Positions 1 to 13,363 of a stretch of DNA of 64,000 nucleotides are shown here, piece by piece. The translations under genes were made by a program, and so were the position numbers. The stretch spans positions 53,258,001-53,322,000 of the forward strand of contig OZ287752.1 in the NCBI GenBank assembly GCA_965649765.1. Direction: 5' to 3'. Numbering within the stretch: position 1 is the stretch's first letter; every line of letters begins with the position of its first letter. Under the pieces are notes generated by a model, which was given only the letters and a program-made list of their open reading frames with translations, was not told where the DNA came from and ran no database searches. This DNA comes from Bispira polyomma. Taxonomy: Eukaryota.

Positions 1-799
1 TTGGTTATTCAGGGCAATGCAGCGCAATCTTTACAAAATTATTTGTCTGCAATCAGGCATTTCTTTGGCATTTATGGCCTTTCACAGAAGTGCTTAGCAC
101 ATAGGAAAATCAACTTATTTCTCAAATCTGTTGCAATGAATGCACCTTACAAACCAGTTATAAAAGGGGCCTTTACCATCAAAGACATAGAAAAAATTTC
201 AGTAGCATGTAACCACGTTCGACATGGATTGGTCTATAGGGCTATATTTTTGATGGCTTTTATATTTTTTTCCCCTATCTAATATGGTGCCTAGTTTTAT
301 GTACGGATTTGACGTTACAAGGCATTTTACAGTCAATGATGTGATATTTGCTCAACCAGGGGCTCACTTGGTGGTCAAGTAGCAAAAGGCCATGCAAGGG
401 TCAAATAAAGTGCAAATTGTTCAAATTCATCAGCTGCATCAATCAGCTTTATGTCCTGTCTTTGCAATCAAACAGCATAATAGAAAAACAAAAATTTCAG
501 GAGATGATCCTTTATTTGTCATATATAAAGGTATAAAGTTGGTACCAGCTACTGCCTATGAAGTCAGAAGAACTTTGGCTTACATTTTAGCACAGCTAAA
601 CATTGATTACAAAAATTATGGATTTCATGCATTTAGGTGCTCAGGCGCCTCATTTGCATTTAACAAAGATTTGCAATTGCAAAGCATTCAGGCACACAGT
701 GGTTGGAAAAGCCAGGCCATTTGGCATTACTTATAATTCACTCCCCAGGCAGGTGCATTAGTGGCTAATACGTTTAAAAAATATGTCACCACAACATGA
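1..799 (+). mobile_element. 3' part of a DIRS-order retrotransposon: tyrosine recombinase (YR) pseudogene, truncated by the window start
   Basis: ORFs 1-282 and 392-736 join by a frameshift near 265-280. Motifs: SAM-like N-part 'SLQNYLSAI', 'YRAIFLMAF', 'LCPV', 'GFHAFRCSGA', 'HSGWKSQAIWHY'. Premature TAA at 734-736, original stop TGA at 797-799. Clearly homologous to the YR at 29528-30499. Confidence 0.9.
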
Positions 800-3703
800 T
801 TGGGTTTGGGATATTTTTTTAATATATATGGACACTAATTTTAGAAATTAACAACTGTAGCTTGATGTTTTAACCCGTATGTGTAATACTAATAAAATGC
901 CCCAAAGTGTTATTATATTGTTGTGTTATCATTAACAATAGCTCAAGCTATGTATCACACCAAAGGTCAAACATAATCTTGCAAGAATATCACTAACTTG
1001 GTTTTGAACTGAAGGACAGAGCCTGCTGGGGTAATTTTGACTTGTAGACTGATATGCATAACACACAGATGTTTTATCTATTCTCAAATATTAGGCTTGA
1101 ACTTGATAAAAAATACTGTAGCACCCTAGCCTAAATGATCTAATAGCATTTCTACATGGTTGTTTCATCACATAAAAAACATTCATGGTTACTGGATTTG
1201 CAAACTCAGTTTTATTTTTCTACTTCATTTATATAATGTACTTTGAATAATTAATTGGTCTGGTGCATACAACATAAACTTTGCCAGAATTTTTTTTATT
1301 TTTTTTAAATTGTGTTATCTTTATTGCAAGCTGATCAAAAATCCATGTATATATTTCAAGCCTTCTATCTGGTGTTTTTAGTGTATCCATCCTTGTTGTT
1401 AATAGTGAGTGTGAAATTCTCAGTATCAACTTTACTGTAACAAGTGGCAATGATGTGGTTGTTCAAAATGTTATTTAAAGTGGTCAAAGACATCAGCTGG
1501 TAATTGAATGTTCAAACGGCATATATTTCAACAGAGAAAATAACATTCATATACAAAATAGACCCCACCAATATGTATTAATACTCACACCACATATTTT
1601 TTGTGACCTTGTCATTAGGATTTTACTCTTGTTTGCAGAAAGTCAAGCTCACTGATAACGACCCAGGTTATGTTGTAGAACTATAAGTTTTAATTATCAA
1701 GCACCTTAGAGGATGATATAGCATGACACAATTGGTATTCAATAATAATAATATTCGTATAAGCGCATTTGAAATGTTATTACTACATATAAATCGCGTT
1801 ATATCAAATATATATGTTATGTTATGTTATTGAGACCATAAAAAGTGCCAGCCAATAAAAATTTCTTTAAAATATCCATCCTCTCTTTAAGCGTGTGTAT
1901 ACGTGTTTGATAATGGTAAATAGTTGTACCTTTTTTATATATCTTATACCCTGGTCCCACCGGCCGTCACGTTAGGAGTCGTGTGAAAATTAATTTGCAT
2001 AGGTTTTGTGTGGTATTTGCGGGAGCTGACGTAATATACATAAGCATACATAACCTGGCGTGAGAGTTGAGATGCAAGAAATTTATAATTTTAAACCGTT
2101 TGAAATTTGGACACGCACGAGATGCAAAAGTATGACGTACTAAAACATGGATATGCATCACAGTGTGTAAATGTGCGTCATTATGACGTCATTTTACATG
2201 TATTGACATACTCATACATGTACTTGGACGTGAACTTTTGCATCCCCTGCGAGACTTTACAGCTTTTGACGTAATAATACATGAATTTAAACATCTGTTG
2301 ACGCCCTCAATGTGGGGAAAATCTTTAAATTCTAGCTTTGCATGACGTTTTGCATCAAATAATTTACAAGGCCATGCGTGACTTACATATCCTAACGTAA
2401 ATCTGGTGGGACCAGCCCATTAAGGTGAAATTTGGCAAGAGCACCAGCACATTATTATACTATAGTGTTTTAAATTAAATATAATTTGTGTTGCTTGTGA
2501 ATATAATGGATAATTTACGGAAGTTGCTATATTTTAAGCATGCGTGTCTTTTATTTCGGTTCATCTAAATGCAAATTAATGAAACAAATAAAGCTATGTT
2601 TGGGCTATTATTGTTATTTGCAGCACAACACTGCAGAGGAATGTAGTGCTGGTAAAGAATGTTATTGTGCTTCAGTGGGAGGCTGTTTTACAAATATTCA
2701 GAAAGTCTGGTTAAACAACTGCTGGTTTGATGGTATTCCAGACTTTGAGAATGGATTTTACAGTGATCAATAAAGTTGGACTGGAAACCACCGATATGTA
2801 TAATGTAGGGCTCTGTTGTCATATGTTACACATTTGAAATGTCATCAAAATAATTTATTAAGTACCTCTTGTAATGCTGCTCAAAAGATGTACACAAAAG
2901 TGTACACATTATAATCAAACATGTATGTGATTTAATATCAGTTCTCCTGGTTAGGAATAGAAGGTCATATAAAGGTCATTAGGTAGTAGCCTACTGTGTT
3001 GCTGAAGGCCAAATGTCCAAGTTATAAGTATTGAAACCATGTTTGAGATATTTTATGTTACATGTTAGTGAGATCTATGTACAGTTTCAGGGTTAAATGT
3101 AAAAAAATTAAATTATTTGCAGATATTTTGAAATACCCATATATAAAATACCATAAATACAATAACAGAGGTTCACAGACCCCATAAATAATCAATAACA
3201 GAGGTTCACAGACCCCATAAAATAATACCCATAATAATTCTTTGGACTAGCCTCTATCAGTTAGCATAATATACAAACATCTTTCATGAACAGTGTAATA
3301 AAGTTTGCACCCCATTCTCTGAGAAGTTTGAGAATAATATCTCCATCCATTTATCAGTAACATTTCTCAATGACCTTAGGTCATGCAATCAAGTAAATTA
3401 ACGTCAAATAATTGGCTGCATCATACAAGCCCTTACAATTGATCACATACTTTCCTATCCTTAAGGAAACCACTGCCATGGTTAGAACCCGGGTCCTATG
3501 GCACCTAGTCGCCTAGCAGTGAAGGTTCCCGGCTGCAGAGCTATTTTAATTTTTTGCATACTTCTGTGTGGATGTTCTTTTAATAGTCTATATTTATACA
3601 CACATACTGAATTGTAACAGTGCCAATGAACCATGATCTAATATTATATTTGTAAGTGATTTTCCAAGTTAAACAATGTTAATTATTTGTTGTGTTTTTT
3701 CAG

Positions 3704-3742
3704 GTGGTCTTGGAATGGGAGCCATTGTTGGCATTGCCATAT
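3704..3742 (+). CDS. Isolated 39-nt exon encoding the start of a transmembrane helix (GLGMGAIVGIAI); gene unresolved
   Basis: Strong acceptor tgtgttttttcag and donor GTAAGT, symmetric phase 1-1. The GAIVGIAI motif is typical of single-pass membrane proteins. A Cys-rich stretch at ~2624-2710 (EECSAGKECYCASVGGC) could be an upstream exon. Confidence 0.4.
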
Positions 3743-4669
3743 GTAAGTAAGCTCAAACCTTTGGCCTAGGATGTAAATATATACCTATATATTGTATATT
3801 TAAAGTATTAGATGTAGGAATGTTTCCTGGTTATGTTATGCTAATATTGGATCAAGGTATTCCCAATCTATTTAGTGATTACCATGATTCTCCTGGACGA
3901 TATGATTGTATTGTTACCATGAGCATATACATTTAATACGCTACATATGATTTCGTAAAGTATTTGATATCCAGATAAAAGAAAAGATGACAAAGATTGT
4001 AGCATGTGTTGTTTTAGTTGCTGGTTTGTTACATCACTGTTGGCATCACAATAATAGGTGTACTGTATTCTTTATTATTTCACAGTTTGGTATAATTTAG
4101 GCCGTATATATACTTATTTGTTTACTTCACCTTTGGATATATTTACTTATTTGTTTGTGTCGCCTTTTGCATCATTGCCATTATATTATTAATGTTTGTT
4201 CACCTCTTTTTATTACCCCACAGTTTTTATTATTATGGATATAATATTAATGTTTGGTTATTTCTTTTTTTTATCATTACTTGTGTTTGTTTACTTCACA
4301 GTTAATGTCATTGTAGGCCTCCCGTAGAGATGGTGGCTGCGAGTGTACACTAGTTCCCATTTGACATACAGTTACATTGATGCTTAAGTCATGGTTTACA
4401 AGAAAACCTGGTTTTAATAATGTTTTGTGTTTATACCTGCGAATTGGAATTATTATGAAAATTATTTATAACGTGAGCAGGCACTAGAGCTTATCAGATG
4501 TTTAATTTTTGTTGAATACAGCTCAGTCATGAAAATATTTTAATTCAATGAAAGCTGAAGTATATTGTATAGTGCATTCACTGATAGAAAGGTAAGGCCC
4601 TACAACAAAATTGTTGTATTTAACAATGTTGTGTTTGCAGCCACATCACAAGCAAAGATTATCATGGCT

Positions 4670-4855
4670 TATGACATGTATACCTTTGTATTATTGATTG
4701 ATTATAAACATTAATATTAAGAATTGTAACAGAAGATTATTACCAATCATGTTTGACATGTATATCTTATCTGTATTTATTACGTCAATTGATTATAAAT
4801 ATTAATATTAAAAGTTGTAACAGAATATGATTATCAATCAGGTTTGATACTGTAT
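4670..4855. repeat. Diverged two-copy tandem duplication (~100-bp unit)
   Basis: attgattataaa(c/t)attaatattaa..ttgtaacagaa...caatca.gtttga appears twice. Confidence 0.7.
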
Positions 4856-7800
4856 AGATAAGATCCTAATCAATTGTCACAAATTTTGGGTTTAGAACAT
4901 TATATGACACTTTAAAGTGATAACAAGTTCAATACATTTGAATTATCATTTAGAGGTCACTTATTATACAAAGCAATTAAAATACTGGCTAAATGTATTG
5001 TCCTTCAAAAGCCTAACATTATTAGCATAATTCTTTTTCTCTTTTTCCTATGAAAAGTGTTTAAAATTAGCAGTTTTTTTATGTTTTCTTTAAAAGTACC
5101 TTATTGGTCATATTTATTTGGTTCAACACAATTTAAGCAGTTATCTAGTATTTCATTGGTGTTAATGGGTAATAAAAATCTAGTTAACATATGTAAAATT
5201 TCAGAAAGCTATTAGCTCATGTATATATATACCATTTTTATTTCAATGCATATTCTCGTTCACATTACATGTAAATGTATATTTTTGTTGGTTTTGAACC
5301 AATCTGCATATCTCCAGCTGTAAATTTGTCACAGACCGTTTAAGTGCCCACCACTTTGTGCATAGACTTCATAAGTAGCCAGACTGTATGATACAGAGTC
5401 TATTAATCCAGTCTCTGGATAAAAAATTGAAGAAAATATTGTCATTTTAAATAAAAATATATATCTATTGAAAAATAGAATAGGAGACTAATACTGTCAA
5501 TTAGGAGAAATATATTTGACAATCAAATTGACTAATATGACATCAAATAATGTCTACTCCAATAATCAAGGCAATGTCAACTCTCATCACTCAAGTAAAA
5601 GAGCCGGGCAGAAATTTTAGAACTTTTCCAGATTATGCCAGTAATTCACTAAACCGCTCTCAACCACATATTAGACCCACCAAAGACCACGAGCAAGAAT
5701 ACTCTGCCATATTAACACCAGCAACAATCCAGTAAACCCTGGTAATGCACAAACTAGTTCCTCCAATATCTATCTAGCCAATCATCCAGACCAAACCCAC
5801 CGTAACTCTCAATTCAAATTATTCAAATTAACCATCAAATACCCAATTGCTTGTCCATACCTGTTCACAGTCCATTACTACAGATTTTTAGCTGTCAACA
5901 TTAATATCCAGTAATCACTAAATTCCAATCACACAACTCACACTAACTGTATATCTGGTAATATCAATCGAGAAACAGTTATTAATAAGTGGTGGGAATG
6001 ACATGTCCAAGCCAGCAAAACCTATCGGATCACAAACCAAATTATTAGCCTTACATCAACAGACTTAAAGAGCAGATCCTCAGCACTTGATCTCTAACAG
6101 TGGTTTGAGAAAGCGTTTCAATTTTATTGGTCAGTTCTAAGTCCAACATGGTTCCATATCTTTAATAATTATATATTAACCAGTTCCCGAGTTAAAACCT
6201 CCTCAGTCTGCACAAACAGGCATTTTCCATGTGTTTTCCTATGTTAGCATTCAATATCGCCAAATGTTAAGCATGTAACATCAAGGATCCCTTTGACATA
6301 CGAGCCAGCAATCCACTGGACTAAATTAGGACATTGGCCTATGTGCAGTGCTCTCCCTTTACCTCAAGGGTATTGGTCGGGATCTTCCCTGACATGAATT
6401 GCTCCATTTGGGAAAGATTCACATATTTGCACCCTTTTTATGCTGTTAGATGTTGCATCGCTCACTTATTTGGGAAACTGCAACTTCTGGCAGAACATTG
6501 CTTAATGTATTAGGCATCTCCAGGTGCTTATCGGATCCAAGCTTTGCATGCTGCATGCTCCAGGAGACATTATTTTGTGCGCTGGACTTCGTGCTGATCT
6601 TGTCAAATCCACAACAGGGCTCAATTTTTACTCCACTCCATTTCACTGGTGGTTATATTTGGCACAGTCACAGGAACAACAGTGTCCTCTCTGTGGTCAA
6701 CATTATTTATGTGGTCAAATGGACGGCCCTCATACTGCATACAATTTTGAATACTAATCTAATCCAAACAGCATTTCTGGGTGCTTCTTCAAATCTTAAT
6801 TTTGGCGTTTCACAATGTACATCCTCCCGGTTCCCTGGTCACGTCCAAATATTATAATGATGCCTGACTTGGTCCTGTGTATTTAGTGATTTTGCTGTAA
6901 CTATAGCGTTATATGCTTTGGCAGTATTAACAGTGGTATGCCTGTAATATTTTAATATGGGTATAATATGGTTTTAATACTTTAATAAAATTTTTGCCAG
7001 CCAAACCAATTTGTTGAAGGTCATAAAATGTATTCTATTATAATTAACATATGTTATTAATTAAAGTGTTGTAATTAATTTGGTCAATCATATTCAACTA
7101 TGTCTTTTGTTAATTAATTTGGTTAGTAAAATTTCAGGTCACTTTCAGGCCACTTAGTGATAAACCATTATGATATACACATATATATATATATATATTG
7201 ATTGGTCTTGAGCCAATGCTATTAAGAATGTGTATCTTGTATTTTGTTTTCATGATTGAATTAATCATAATTATAACAATAAAAAAAAAAGACTATTATC
7301 CACACCCAATGCATTATGTTTTTAGGGTGTGGCTAGTTTAGTAGCACACATGTATTTATAAATCTTTGCTTATTTTCTATATATTCATCTATAAAAATAA
7401 ATGTATAAATATTTTTTTATGAAATCATCCTTTGACATTTGGTGATGTTATTTATATATGTTAATTATTATAATTTGACTTAACAAAAAAAATAAGTCAA
7501 TTAGGTAAAAGTACTTTTTAGGGATATCTTGGTATAAAAAGTTATGGTTTCAAGTGTTAATGCAACAAACCAAACAAAATTATTTCTAGTATTAAAATAG
7601 CACTACAAAGAAAATTTTAAACTCATTAACTCATAATTCTTCTTATGATGAACGTATTTGTAATATGTACTGGTTTGTTTGTTTTTCGACAGATTTATAT
7701 ATTTTTTTAATTTATTCCACTTCTAGGAGGAGCGACCTCTGTTGTTAATCATAAGATTGTGTTAGGATATCATTATTAAATTGTTTCAACAACTGAAAAA

Positions 7801-10269
7801 TATGTAAATTCCAGCCTAATGCCTCATCTGGCCTTTCTTTATTTTAATTTATGAGACCACTAAATTGTTTAAATTAAGTAAAATCTATCTACTAGTAGTA
7901 AGAAATTTGGCTGTGTATTTTATTTATTTTTATGAGGTCGTGAATCTGTGTCTCGGTGGTATGTGATATCAAACTGCCTTTATAAAAACCTAGGCTGCGC
8001 TAAAGCAATACTATACAATATCTTACAATTAAGCAGAGGTTCCCCTGGTAAACATTTTGTGTAAATTCGTATTGGACCAAGAAGCAGCCTATGAGTAAAA
8101 GGGTGTTCCACACAGTTCCAGGGACAGAGCTCCTGGAACTCACTCTAGCTTTGGTTGAGTTTCGAGAAGCAAAATCCTTAATTATAGTGGAACTCTCGGA
8201 AAGGACGGAATTATGTATTATCAAAACTTAGTATCACAGCTTGTCTTTGGATATTCATTTGTAATCAGGAAATAAAGCCTAGAACTGAATATTAGACTTA
8301 TTATTCACCCAACTAACATAAGTTATTATATTTAACAATATGTTAAATGCTTACTTTAAAGAAAGTCACGAAAAAACATCCTCATTTTATTAAGTCATAT
8401 TTATATAATATTAATTTATATAATTGAAAGATTCTTGTCACATTTTCATATTAAAAAAGGGCTTCCCTTTACATATTGCATCACGTGATCTACTGCATCA
8501 TTTGTAACAGTGTAATATAATAAAATTAATCCTTATTTTATATTAGTTTGCAAGTTTTCGTCCCTGTGCCTCATACTGAAGCGAGTAGTAGCGTTCATTT
8601 GCTTTAAACTGTGTTTTTTGACATTGTGATGACTTAAACACGAACAAAACGTGTATTTGTTATGAATGCTGATATTGTTGAAATTGATTACACCTCTACC
8701 CGGCGAGTTCCATGCAAATCAAACTGCAAGACATCTGGTTTACAAAATAATTCAAAACATCAAGGAACAGAAATATCTACAAGGCTTTGGAAGTCTGTTG
8801 TAGCCTGTTCAATATTGGATTTGTATGAATTCAACTTTCCTTCTTGGTAAATTTTTAATGCGCATATATTACAGTCAAAATGCGAAACCAGACATTATGC
8901 GTAATGACTAAAAAGAGTTTGCAGTCATTATGTGTAAAGACTAAAATCAATAGAAGACAAAATTTACATTACTGTCTTAATTTATTATCTTATGATAGAA
9001 TTGAATGGATATAAATTATGTATTACATATATACTATTAGAATTTAATTATACAAAATATTACAATATTAAATGGTACTCTCATTCATATAAATGGTGCA
9101 TAGTGGTTTAACATTATACATACGGTCATAGATTTTAATAACTGACTACACATGTTTTTTGTTTGTTTTTTTCACTCTGCATCCTTGAACGTTTTAGTAT
9201 GTCCCTAGAGAAGCGGTTCCCTGTATTTTGAAATCTGTTGTAAATTTAATACAACGTTCACTGTATTTCAAATGTATTTCATATTAGATTGTACATAGCT
9301 TTGTAACCTGCCATAGTTTATTTTACTTTGTCAGTCCCGGTTTGACTTTTTCTATACCTTCAGGTATTATCGCCCACTTACTGGGTTTTATTGCCAAGCA
9401 TGTCTTTGTGAACCATAAAAGTTAGTATTGTGTTTTACTTAGTTCCCTAAAACATATTGAGTCTACTCTTAATTCCTGTTACTCTGTTTATGCCCCTTTT
9501 CACTTTTCTGTCAGGTCCATCTATCTCTTTTTCAAAGTTACTTTTGAATATCATCTTTTAAGCTACTATCTTCCCCACTTTTCGATGACGCAATATGGTG
9601 CCTTGAAATTGCCCCAAGGATGAAGATTTACCTCAATAGTTCAAGGTATCATCTTATGTGAGTGCCTCCACTAGTGCCTCCACCATCACCCACATCGAAG
9701 TAGGTTGAACTGTGGCATACCCTCCATGAATGGTGCTCTCCTGCAGATCCCTTACTTCTCTTTTATGGTTTAACATATCTGATTATCGCCGATATGAACC
9801 CAAATTAACCATAATTACTTTTCAATATTATATTGGCACTGTACCTGTAGATGTTCCTGTGTTTAATTATTCATACTGGGCTCTTTCACTTTATCAAAAT
9901 AACATTTGCTATCCATATTCTGCTACTGGTTGCCAGTTATTCACTTTCCTTTTACTTGTGGACGATATTGCACTCTGGCCTTACAAAATTCGGTTTTACA
10001 AACTGCAGGTCAATGAGAAAGAAAGGTTCCTTTGCTTGATGACCTACTCCGAAATGGTCTTGTTAGAATCACTGACAAATATACCATTATAATTCCTGAA
10101 ATACTGTTATTTAAAAAATGTCTTTCTTGGAAGCTTTCACTATAAATAATAATTGATAGGTCACTGCAAAACACATATGTTCAAATGTCATCATGTATTG
10201 TATGACGTCAGAATTCATCTTCATATGATGTCAATGTAGCTACCAATACATATATATGTCTGGCATTGC

Positions 10270-11552
10270 TTTAAATGCCATACACCATGACATATGTATT
10301 GCAGCACACAGAAGGATTGTATGGAATAATAAGAAACCAATGGAGTCTTAATATACAACCAGTATGTAGTGACGGGCGAAAAATTGTTTCGTATGCAGTA
10401 AAAACTGAATAAATGATGTGGATGAAAAGATTTATTAATAATATTAATGCCAAGTGGAAAACTATAGCTAAAAATCTATGATTTTTAGAAAGTTATATTT
10501 TGAAACAACCTTTTACAGAAATATGTTATCCATTTGATATGATTTTATTACTATATCAACTATGGATGATTTTCATAATGAAAATTTATTTTACAATGAT
10601 TTTTTTTAGAATTAATAACAAGGCTTATAGCCCATGAACATACTGACTGGGCAAATAGTGGCATATTGGTTGTTTGTGATATTCTACAAGTAGATTGTAC
10701 CTTCGTTAAAACAATTTTAGAAAGAAAACATAACTTAATCATATGTGATATGAAATATAACAAAATAGTAAGTTCAGTAAATTTAGGGTTCAGAAAATTG
10801 CCAAAAATATATACTAGTTTAACTTCTGGTAACAGTGTCCCTCAAAGATGCATTACTGATATCAGTAGTGTTAAGAACAGAGTTGTCTATAATTTTTATG
10901 TTAAATCTGTATATAAAATTCCATGAAAACAAATGGGTAAAATATACCCCTTTTTAGAAGTAATAAATTGGAAAAATACTTACCTACTGCCTACTAAGAT
11001 TGTTCAGGACACATTTTTAATAACATTTCAGTATAAAATATTACATTGAATCTTTGCATGTAATTACAAACTATTTTTGTGGAATATTAGAGATTCACCG
11101 ATGTGCAGCTGTTGTGGGCATATAGATAATTTAGAACATTTGTTACTCTATTGTCATGAAACAAACTGTTTTTGGAGTCGGGTTGAGAGGTGGTTGCTTG
11201 TAAATCTGTCAGTGTCTGTAAACTTTTTTGTTTTAGAAGTATTATTTGGATTAGTACACTGTGACCCAAAACGTTACTACATTGTTAATTATGTACTGCT
11301 CATAGGAAAATATCACATTAAACAATATAAAAAGAATGAGTGAAAAGTTTCCACTTATACTTTTCTACATATAATCAAAGTTAAATTGAAAATAGAAGAA
11401 CTAGTAAAAGTGATGTTTTTGTTGACATTTTGGCAAGTTAATGGTTGCTTTACAATAGTTTTTATTTTGATGTTATAACAATGTTACAACAACGTATTGT
11501 TATTGTGCTCGTAACCTTTTGTATCATGTATCAAAAATAGTAGTAAAAAAAA
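10270..11552 (+). mobile_element. Degraded 3' portion of an L1/Tx1-clade non-LTR retrotransposon (zf-RVT region)
   Basis: Upstream 'FQYKILH*IFACNYKLFLWNIRDSPMCSCCGHIDNLEHLLLYC..FWSRVERWL' is the CCHC zinc knuckle of L1/Tx1 ORF2, followed by 'VLFG' and 'NYVLLIGKYHI'. Several stops and frameshifts. A-run at ~11544-11552. Confidence 0.8.
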
Positions 11553-12734
11553 TGTATATGTAATAATCGTCGACAGACAAGATCAATGGGCATATACAGT
11601 CTATTGGATCAAGTAATGTGGATGGTGAAGACATATGAAAAAGCTATTTCATGCATAATAAAACAACTTTATTTTAAAAGATTCATTTGGGCAAGACACT
11701 AACAATTATTAAGGAACATATACATTAGCACTACTATAACATGTTAATTGTTAGCTGAAAACTTTTTAACATAAAGTTGAGGATTACTAATTAAGGTTAC
11801 CTTATGTTTAACCTATTTAGCTAAGGCTACAATAACCTGAACTTAAAGCTACCTATGACGAACCTGACATTGAGGTGAACTTATCTTAGCCCTCATTTTA
11901 TTGGAGGTTAGCTGTTCCCAAAACTGCATTATGGTGGATAGAGTACTTTTGGATTCATTATAACTTGGACTTAAACCTAAATCTGAAGCCCATCTTAATT
12001 ATTGGACATTACACATATTCAATTGATGCATTTCTTATCCATTTGTCGGGTTGCTTTGAAATATTTATATAAACACATTTATTCTGTGGTTGTCTGCTTG
12101 TCGTGAAACAAGCTAGGCAGCGGGCTAAGAGCCGTGTAAGAACTCATATTTAAACCATGATTCATCTTTTTATTTTCTACAGAATGAAACAGGGTTACAC
12201 ACATAGCTGGTAGATGTGTGTGTTTTAACCATGTAGTTTCACACGGAGAGGCATCAGATTGACCTAAGTTTTCTAACTGCCAGCTAATACAACAGTGTTT
12301 GTTTACATGTAGCAATTGTCTCCTATAGAGAGTGTTTACAGACTGTTTGGACTGTGATTATCTCAAAATAGAAGAGCATAGAAAAAAGTAGATCCTATTT
12401 CTTCAATCAAAAAAAAAAAAAAATAACCTAAATAAGGAACATACGTCTCAATCAAGACACTCTGCACATAAGACATGTGATTATATGCACAGACAATTTA
12501 GTAGTTATATTCCTTAGAATGGAACTGATATCATAATTGACTCACAATACAGTGTAGAATTATACAGCTTGATTTTGTCATCAGGAATAGATGGTTATAA
12601 CTGTCTTAATACTGCCAACATTATATAAGCAATTTTTGGAAACACTATAGCTTCCACACCAGTTACCAGTCTATTCCAGTCTAAACGTTTTTAACGTCAC
12701 ATTTAAAATGATTTACACATAAAAATGACAAAAC

Positions 12735-13045
12735 AAACTTTGAAATAGAAATGTAAATTATTATAAATACATATTTCAGCGCAAGATATTTACTCTTCTA
12801 CACAACTTTTTTAATAGGCTCGAAAGTGGTACACCACCATCATACACTAAAATCCCTCTTCTATTTTACAAACCTTCTATTATCCGAACATGGCAAAAGA
12901 AACTTTGAATCTTTGAAATAAAAATATTAATTAATATAAATACACATTTCAGCACGAGATATGTACTTTTCGAAGAACTTTTTTTATTAGACGCAACACT
13001 AAAATCCCTCTTCTATTTTACGAACCTTTCATTATTTGAACATGT
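12735..13045. repeat. Diverged two-copy tandem duplication (~165-bp unit)
   Basis: tataaatac..atttcagc and acactaaaatccctcttctattttac.aacctt each occur twice. Confidence 0.75.
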
Positions 13046-13363
13046 ATTCAAAATGATAAAAGTTGGGCTAGTAGTCCCCTCTTTTCTGGGATTTTAAGTG
13101 ATAATTAATGTTTTTTCCTCAATGTACAAGTATACCCAACCAGAACCAATAACACTGATTCCTCAACTGAAAACAAAAGTTTGAGGATGACATGATTAAT
13201 TATCACTGACCTTAAAATTCTGTAGCCTGCTAGTAAAGAAAGAACCACAATGACAGAGAATTTAGTGTGTTCATATGGGTCTCTATATATAATTCTACCT
13301 GTATCTGTGCATATGAGTTCTGAGATCACACCTACTTCCTATGTATTCCATAGGTTTGTCACT

